Source: a virus
Taxonomy: Duplodnaviria > Caudoviricetes
IMG/VR virus record: IMGVR_UViG_3300035494_000045
Coordinates: 1 to 61,987 of that record
Reading direction: 5' to 3' (one strand)
DNA length: 61,987 nucleotides
In this document: one piece after another, positions 57,238 to 61,987 of the stretch
Layout of the letters: each line of letters begins with the position of its first letter
Position numbering within the stretch: the stretch's first letter is position 1
Position numbers and translations under genes: made by a program
The notes under the pieces: generated by a model
Told to the model about the DNA's origin: nothing
The model's input: only the letters and a program-made list of their open reading frames with translations
The model's database searches: none

Positions 57238-57870
57238 CTAATTATAGTCTTTAATAATAACTTTCAGGAAATAAATCTGCTTTTCCATATCACGCATCAA
57301 ATGCGTAAGGATGAAGTAGTAATCAGGAAACTCTTTTCTACCAGCTTTAGCCATTGGCAAAATGTATTTTTCAGTTTCTTCAATGTACTGCTTGATTCTT
57401 TCTGGAGACATTCCACCCAATGACGTTTGGAAGTTGTGAAGTCTATCAGCAAATTTAATGATGATTGATTCAGGGAATCTCGACACCTTTTGGTAGTAAG
57501 ACTCATAATGTTCATCAACCTTTTGAAAGTCTTGTGGTTTAGTTACACTCATTGTGTAGTTTGACACTTCTAATCCAAATTCAACAAACAATTCTTGTTC
57601 AGTATATTTGTCTGGATAGTCTTCAACCAAATCGTGTAAGAAAGCTGAAGCAACAATTTCGTCGAGCTTCTGATTCGACACACGCCCATTCATAATAGAA
57701 AAAACGTAGTTTGCGACCTCGTACAAATGTGACTTTTCTTCAGCACCATCTCGACGTTCACCAGCATGATACTTTTCAACCAACTGCATTGCATTCAATG
57801 ACTTGTGGAGTGAATTGGCTAAGAAGAAACCTTTCAGGAAATAATGTTGTTTAGTTGTTCTCTTGTTCAC
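57238..57870 (-). CDS. stand-alone RelA/SpoT-type HD hydrolase (small alarmone hydrolase-like)
   Basis: H.G..R.DG, H..EVA, A.LHD.VED, IKFADRLHN, ET...Y..P.A. Confidence 0.85.
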   Translation of the reverse strand: MNKRTTKQHYFLKGFFLANSLHKSLNAMQLVEKYHAGERRDGAEEKSHLYEVANYVFSIMNGRVSNQKLDEIVASAFLHDLVEDYPDKYTEQELFVEFGLEVSNYTMSVTKPQDFQKVDEHYESYYQKVSRFPESIIIKFADRLHNFQTSLGGMSPERIKQYIEETEKYILPMAKAGRKEFPDYYFILTHLMRDMEKQIYFLKVIIKDYN

Positions 57871-58102
57871 GTTCCCACTCCATATATTGTTCGTTGCTTA
57901 ACACCTCATAGTTCTCAAACATGCTGTAACGAAAGAATCTGGAATCCATAACATCGCCTAACTCATCATTAGACATAGACGACAAAACATCAGGAAGCTC
58001 CGAGATTACTTTAGTGATTCGCTCAATCGCCATATCACGAGAGATTGTTTGTGTTGTTAAGATGCTCATATCAAAATTTCTCCAATTTGTAAATAGAACC
58101 AC
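57851..58102 (-). CDS. hypothetical protein
   Basis: Coupled; true start probably about 58069. Confidence 0.5.
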   Translation of the reverse strand: MVLFTNWRNFDMSILTTQTISRDMAIERITKVISELPDVLSSMSNDELGDVMDSRFFRYSMFENYEVLSNEQYMEWEREQENN

Positions 58103-58631
58103 TCAATCCGTCATCTTCAACAAAACGCATGGCCTCGTGCATATACTCAAAATAATTGTTCAATGGGCTGTTTGATAGTGAACTGACGATTTCATTCCCA
58201 TACTCATCATCTAAGTGATATGGAAAGAATGTCACATCATCAACTGGATACATATACCCACTATTGAACACCGTCACATAAACCTCGTCACATAAAGGAA
58301 GCATATCTCGATAAATCTGAGCACCCCCAATAATGAAGATGTCTCTAGTGTTTTCGTGAGTGATACTTCTCAATGCACCTAAGTATGAATTTGTATAATA
58401 CACCTCTTTATATGGGGTGTCAAGTTCTTGCCGCGTGATAACAATGTTCTTACGATTTGGCAATGGTTTGGTAAGTGTGTCGAATGTTTTTCTTCCCATG
58501 ATGACATTGTTTCCAGTTGTCATTTCTTTGAAGAAGTTCATATCGTTTTTTGATTTGTGGGGTAGATTACCATTAACTGCAATTACCCCATTTCTATCCA
58601 TAGCAACAATGCCAATGATTTTATTGTTCAT
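58071..58631 (-). CDS. folA: dihydrofolate reductase
   Basis: IVAMD.N.VI, D..FFK..T, VIMGRKTF, PLPNR.NIV, IIGGAQIY. Confidence 0.93.
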   Translation of the reverse strand: MNNKIIGIVAMDRNGVIAVNGNLPHKSKNDMNFFKEMTTGNNVIMGRKTFDTLTKPLPNRKNIVITRQELDTPYKEVYYTNSYLGALRSITHENTRDIFIIGGAQIYRDMLPLCDEVYVTVFNSGYMYPVDDVTFFPYHLDDEYGNEIVSSLSNSPLNNYFEYMHEAMRFVEDDGLSGSIYKLEKF

Positions 58632-58975
58632 TATTTCTTCCCTCCAATTGTCCAGTGGTTGGATTTTTGTGAGATTTCTGTACCTTTTGGTAAGAAGGGG
58701 AGTAAATCCAATGGAATGTAAGTCAATCTCAGAATCCATTTAGATTTTTGTTTAACTACGTACTTACCGTTTTTGTTTCGGGTTTTCTTCGCTCTGTGCT
58801 TTTCGATGCTGTACATAACCAATGAAGTGTCTCGTGTATTTCTTCTACCAACAAACCCAACATCACCATACGAACCTATACAATATGTACCAGTCTTGTT
58901 GATTGCTCTCTCTAATTCAAATCGTGAAGTGTACGTTCTTTCGTAATTCTCCAACCTGATTTTTAAATTTTTCAT
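58631..58975 (-). CDS. basic hypothetical protein
   Basis: AAGGAG SD before MKNLK. Confidence 0.55.
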   Translation of the reverse strand: MKNLKIRLENYERTYTSRFELERAINKTGTYCIGSYGDVGFVGRRNTRDTSLVMYSIEKHRAKKTRNKNGKYVVKQKSKWILRLTYIPLDLLPFLPKGTEISQKSNHWTIGGKK

Positions 58976-58988
58976 ATATACATCTCCT

Positions 58989-59264
58989 TTAAACTGAGAA
59001 CATTTCAGCAAATTTTGCTTTGTATTCATCTGAGCCAATTCCACCAGTTTCTTTTAACTCTTCATAGGCAAAACGAATGATAGCCATGTTTTCGGAATAG
59101 TCATTGTTTAGATATGCGTGAACAAACACATCGTCGATTGCTCTAGGTAAGATATTAGAATATACTGAATCAACTGGGTCATGAACATTCCCATCGAAAA
59201 TATAATCTTTCAATTTTGCGTTTACCAATTCTTTGATATATCCCCATGAATATTCTCTGTTCAT
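58989..59264 (-). CDS. hypothetical protein
   Basis: AAGGAG SD. Confidence 0.55.
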   Translation of the reverse strand: MNREYSWGYIKELVNAKLKDYIFDGNVHDPVDSVYSNILPRAIDDVFVHAYLNNDYSENMAIIRFAYEELKETGGIGSDEYKAKFAEMFSV

Positions 59265-59276
59265 AATAAATTCTCC

Positions 59277-59768
59277 TTATAACTTATAAAAAACGTGGTT
59301 TCCGATTTTACCAAGACGTTTCTTTGGGTTGCTCCACTTTGGTGGATTGTCTGCCATTATAACATAAGAGTAGTAGTGTGTGGCAAATGTTATTCTCGGT
59401 GTCTTACCGTCCAGCACATCCATAGCCAGCTTTAGGGCTTCTCTGTAGGTATAATCATTGATATTACCTCTTCTACCCTTTGTGATGCATTCAAACTGCC
59501 AAGGTTGGTGAACCACTTCTTCAATGGTGTTTGGATATCTTTTATCCTCAACTCGATTAAGAACTACATCCGCAATGGCTAACATACCCACACGTCCTTC
59601 ACTCACCGCTTCGCACCACATAACATCCGCTAGGATGATTGCATTGTTCAATCGCTCACCTTCTTTAAGCTCATACTGGATTCGTTCATCTGTAACATCA
59701 GAGGCAATAGAGACGTTCGATGCTATCACGAAAGCCATCATCAACACAAAAAACATCAAGAATCTCAT
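59277..59768 (-). CDS. SleB/CwlJ-like cell wall hydrolase
   Basis: Signal/TM segment; EA..E...G..A.A.VVLNRV...YP.TI..VV.Q..QF, IG.H.FY. Confidence 0.9.
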   Translation of the reverse strand: MRFLMFFVLMMAFVIASNVSIASDVTDERIQYELKEGERLNNAIILADVMWCEAVSEGRVGMLAIADVVLNRVEDKRYPNTIEEVVHQPWQFECITKGRRGNINDYTYREALKLAMDVLDGKTPRITFATHYYSYVIMADNPPKWSNPKKRLGKIGNHVFYKL

Positions 59769-60355
59769 CGAAACACACTCCTTAAAGTTCTTTAACCTTT
59801 CGCTTAATCGCCATTGAGATGGTCGAAAGGTCTTTGATATGGTCTGGTAGTCTTTTTACGTAATTGATTGCCACATCAAGTTGTTCAAGACTTTTACAAG
59901 AATCAATCACATTGACTGCTTTAACAAGAATATCATTTTTGTTTTTCATGAGCGACCTCCCCCGTTTCTATCATTCCAAAACACAATTGTCATTAATGCT
60001 AGTGTCACTATAAAAGAAACAATACCACTTATTAGCATATCACCATAATCCATTTTATTTTACCACCCTTAGTTTTGGTTTAACATATTTTGTTTCATTT
60101 TGATTTGATTTAAATAATAAACCAATCATTAAAATAAAACAAGCGACAATATTAAGAGAAAGAGTACTAAGTATATTCTCGCTTTTCTTATCAAGAATAT
60201 ACTTAGCAAGATTTAAAAATAAGTTTCTATCCAATCAATAACCCCATTTCAATTAAAGAATAAAACAGTGAAGTTAAAAATGTCACTGCCACTGATAAAC
60301 CATAATAAATCGAAACCATATTATATCCTCCAATGGTTTTTAAATTAACTTTCTC

Positions 60356-60394
60356 AACTGGACTCAGTTTACCAAGTCCAGTTTGAAAAATCAA
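60356..60394 (-). promoter_or_regulatory. hairpin-embedded sigma70-like promoter
   Basis: TTGATT-17-TAAACT; -10 in the loop of an inverted repeat. Confidence 0.6.
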
Positions 60395-60528
60395 CCTTTA
60401 TTTCGTTTTACTTCAGCCGCCCATCGTTTGCCTTGTGGTGCATGACTCCCGTTATCGACTGGTTTGGATTGAGTTTTGCCTTTTGAAAAATCTCGCAAGG
60501 CTTTACGGGTTGGAAAATAAATTTGCAT
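60391..60528 (-). CDS. 45-aa hypothetical protein (absent from ORF track)
   Basis: GGAGG SD; MQIYFPTRKALRDF...RWAAEVKRNKG. Confidence 0.5.
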   Translation of the reverse strand: MQIYFPTRKALRDFSKGKTQSKPVDNGSHAPQGKRWAAEVKRNKG

Positions 60529-60730
60529 AATCAGTCCTCCTCTTCCTCTTCTTCAATCAACTGGTCAAGGTATTCATTCGCATACTCGTTAAGGATTTCA
60601 TAGATATTCGATTTTTCATGCCTGATGGGACACGAAGGCTTACTTGTGATAGCTTGCCTTCGTATTTTTTGGCGTTCTTATTGCCCTTCGGTGCGCCTGA
60701 AACGCGTTCGTTACTCATTAATTTACCCAA

Positions 60731-60934
60731 TTAACTAAAAGCTATCTCCGATAGCCGCTTATTTCCATGGGTTTTCTCAAATCCTTTTACCCATGTATAA
60801 GGATCGTCTGTAATAATATTAACAGACTCGCATTCTTCAACTGATGCGAATACCTCAATTGCTTCCAAAATCTCTTTGGCAGTTTTTTCGGACTGCTGGC
60901 CGGTCCATGGGTTAAAAACTGTGACTGTTTTCAT
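60731..60934 (-). CDS. hypothetical protein
   Basis: GAGGAG SD. Confidence 0.6.
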   Translation of the reverse strand: MKTVTVFNPWTGQQSEKTAKEILEAIEVFASVEECESVNIITDDPYTWVKGFEKTHGNKRLSEIAFS

Positions 60935-61022
60935 TTTACTCTCCTCTTCGTGTTTCCCAGTTCCGCTGGGGCGGAGGAAGGCTTTATTGCCTTTCCTTAA
61001 TCACCTTTTTAAATTTAATTTC

Positions 61023-61063
61023 CGACTTGGGTATAGTTTAACCCAAGCCGTTCTATTTGTCAA
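61023..61063 (-). promoter_or_regulatory. hairpin-embedded sigma70-like promoter
   Basis: TTGACA-17-TAAACT; -10 in the loop of CTTGGGT/ACCCAAG. Confidence 0.7.
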
Positions 61064-61725
61064 TGATAATCTAAACTATCTGGCAAGTTTTCTTCGCACC
61101 ATTCAATAACGACTTCAGAATACTCATCGCGTTTCAGACCTTCGATAACTTTATCCTTATCCCAAGAATACAAATCATCTAAGTATTCATCAATGTAGAC
61201 TTCTTCTTCGTCAATAGTCAATCTGGCGTACACTGGCGAATCCCAGAATAGATTATCGACATATTCCGTGCTGTATCCATCTGGAATAATCACCCATTCA
61301 GCATCGCCTTGCGAATATCCGCGTGTCACATAAAACTTATACCCATCAGATAGAAAGCCTTCAAAAATCTCATCTCTATCATACCAACGTTTCTTAATAT
61401 CAACCATAGAATCACGGATAATATAGAAAATATCAGACCATTCCAACTTATCGTGCTTACTATGCCCATAATCGTGCATAATGCTCACATATTCACGATA
61501 ACTGTATCCATATGGCTCAAGAAGTGTAGACTCTTGCCAAAACTCTTTATAAGTCAACTCTTTGAATGGCTTTTCATCATTCTCTACTAAGTAGAAAGGA
61601 TAACCAAACGCTTTGATTGATTTGATATTTTCATCAAAATACATTCTAGCCAAATCGCCATCCATAAAACCATTGAATTCGATACTGATACCAGTTGTTG
61701 ATGTGTCAAAGTTGTTGATTTCCAT
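61060..61725 (-). CDS. acidic hypothetical protein
   Basis: AGGTGG SD; RGYSQGD motif seen in phage early proteins. Confidence 0.7.
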   Translation of the reverse strand: MEINNFDTSTTGISIEFNGFMDGDLARMYFDENIKSIKAFGYPFYLVENDEKPFKELTYKEFWQESTLLEPYGYSYREYVSIMHDYGHSKHDKLEWSDIFYIIRDSMVDIKKRWYDRDEIFEGFLSDGYKFYVTRGYSQGDAEWVIIPDGYSTEYVDNLFWDSPVYARLTIDEEEVYIDEYLDDLYSWDKDKVIEGLKRDEYSEVVIEWCEENLPDSLDYH

Positions 61726-61760
61726 TTTATACCACCTTTTCAGTTTTTAAATTTAAAATT

Positions 61761-61801
61761 CAAGATAGGTATAGTCTAACCTAGCTTGATAAGATTGTCA
61801 A
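61761..61801 (-). promoter_or_regulatory. hairpin-embedded sigma70-like promoter
   Basis: TTGACA-17-TAGACT; -10 in the loop of CAAG.TAGGT/ACCTA.CTTG. Confidence 0.7.
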
Positions 61802-61987
61802 TACTAATCGACTGAAATGTTACAGATATTTTCCAACTCATTCACTGGAAAGTCGAGTTTATAATCAAAATCATCATCTTGAGTATAAAACTCTAATATC
61901 AATCCCCATTGATTCGCATCCCAGTTTGATGAATGCCCCCATTCGCTGAAGTTATTCGAGTAGAATGGAATGAATCCATCGCGGGGC

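Noticed and set aside
1-61987. Stop-codon reassignment as the cause of the many short ORFs
   Set aside because: Conserved genes are full length in the standard code, all three stops terminate genes, and consecutive small ORFs mostly change frame and have their own SDs.

Overview
A 62-kb, AT-rich segment of a large T4-related myophage genome. The host is probably Gram-negative, inferred from the spanin pair and class Ia NrdAB. It carries nucleotide-metabolism genes (nrdA/B, glutaredoxin, thyA, dNMP kinase, dCMP deaminase, DHFR), a lysis cassette, replication genes (RNase H, Dda-like helicase, clamp loader, primase, gp41-like helicase, probable clamp, gp32-like SSB, a miniature DnaE-like protein), neck and tail genes (gp4/13/14/15/19-like, PAAR), RNA-repair and translation-related genes, two tRNAs and a minus-strand block of small, probably early genes. 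Four things stand out. (1) About 18 strong and about 10 weaker small, otherwise dissimilar ORFs in three clusters all end in the same C-terminal helix (..L-L/M-M-E-E-L/I-stop), a candidate shared docking or targeting tag. (2) The clamp-loader gene is fractured by a split intein with a free-standing endonuclease gene between the halves. (3) A 1.1-kb structured non-coding island lies directly upstream of a Ro60/TROVE-like vWA protein. (4) Several sigma70-type promoters have their -10 box in the loop of covarying inverted repeats. All annotations are from motif recognition by eye; no database searches were run.
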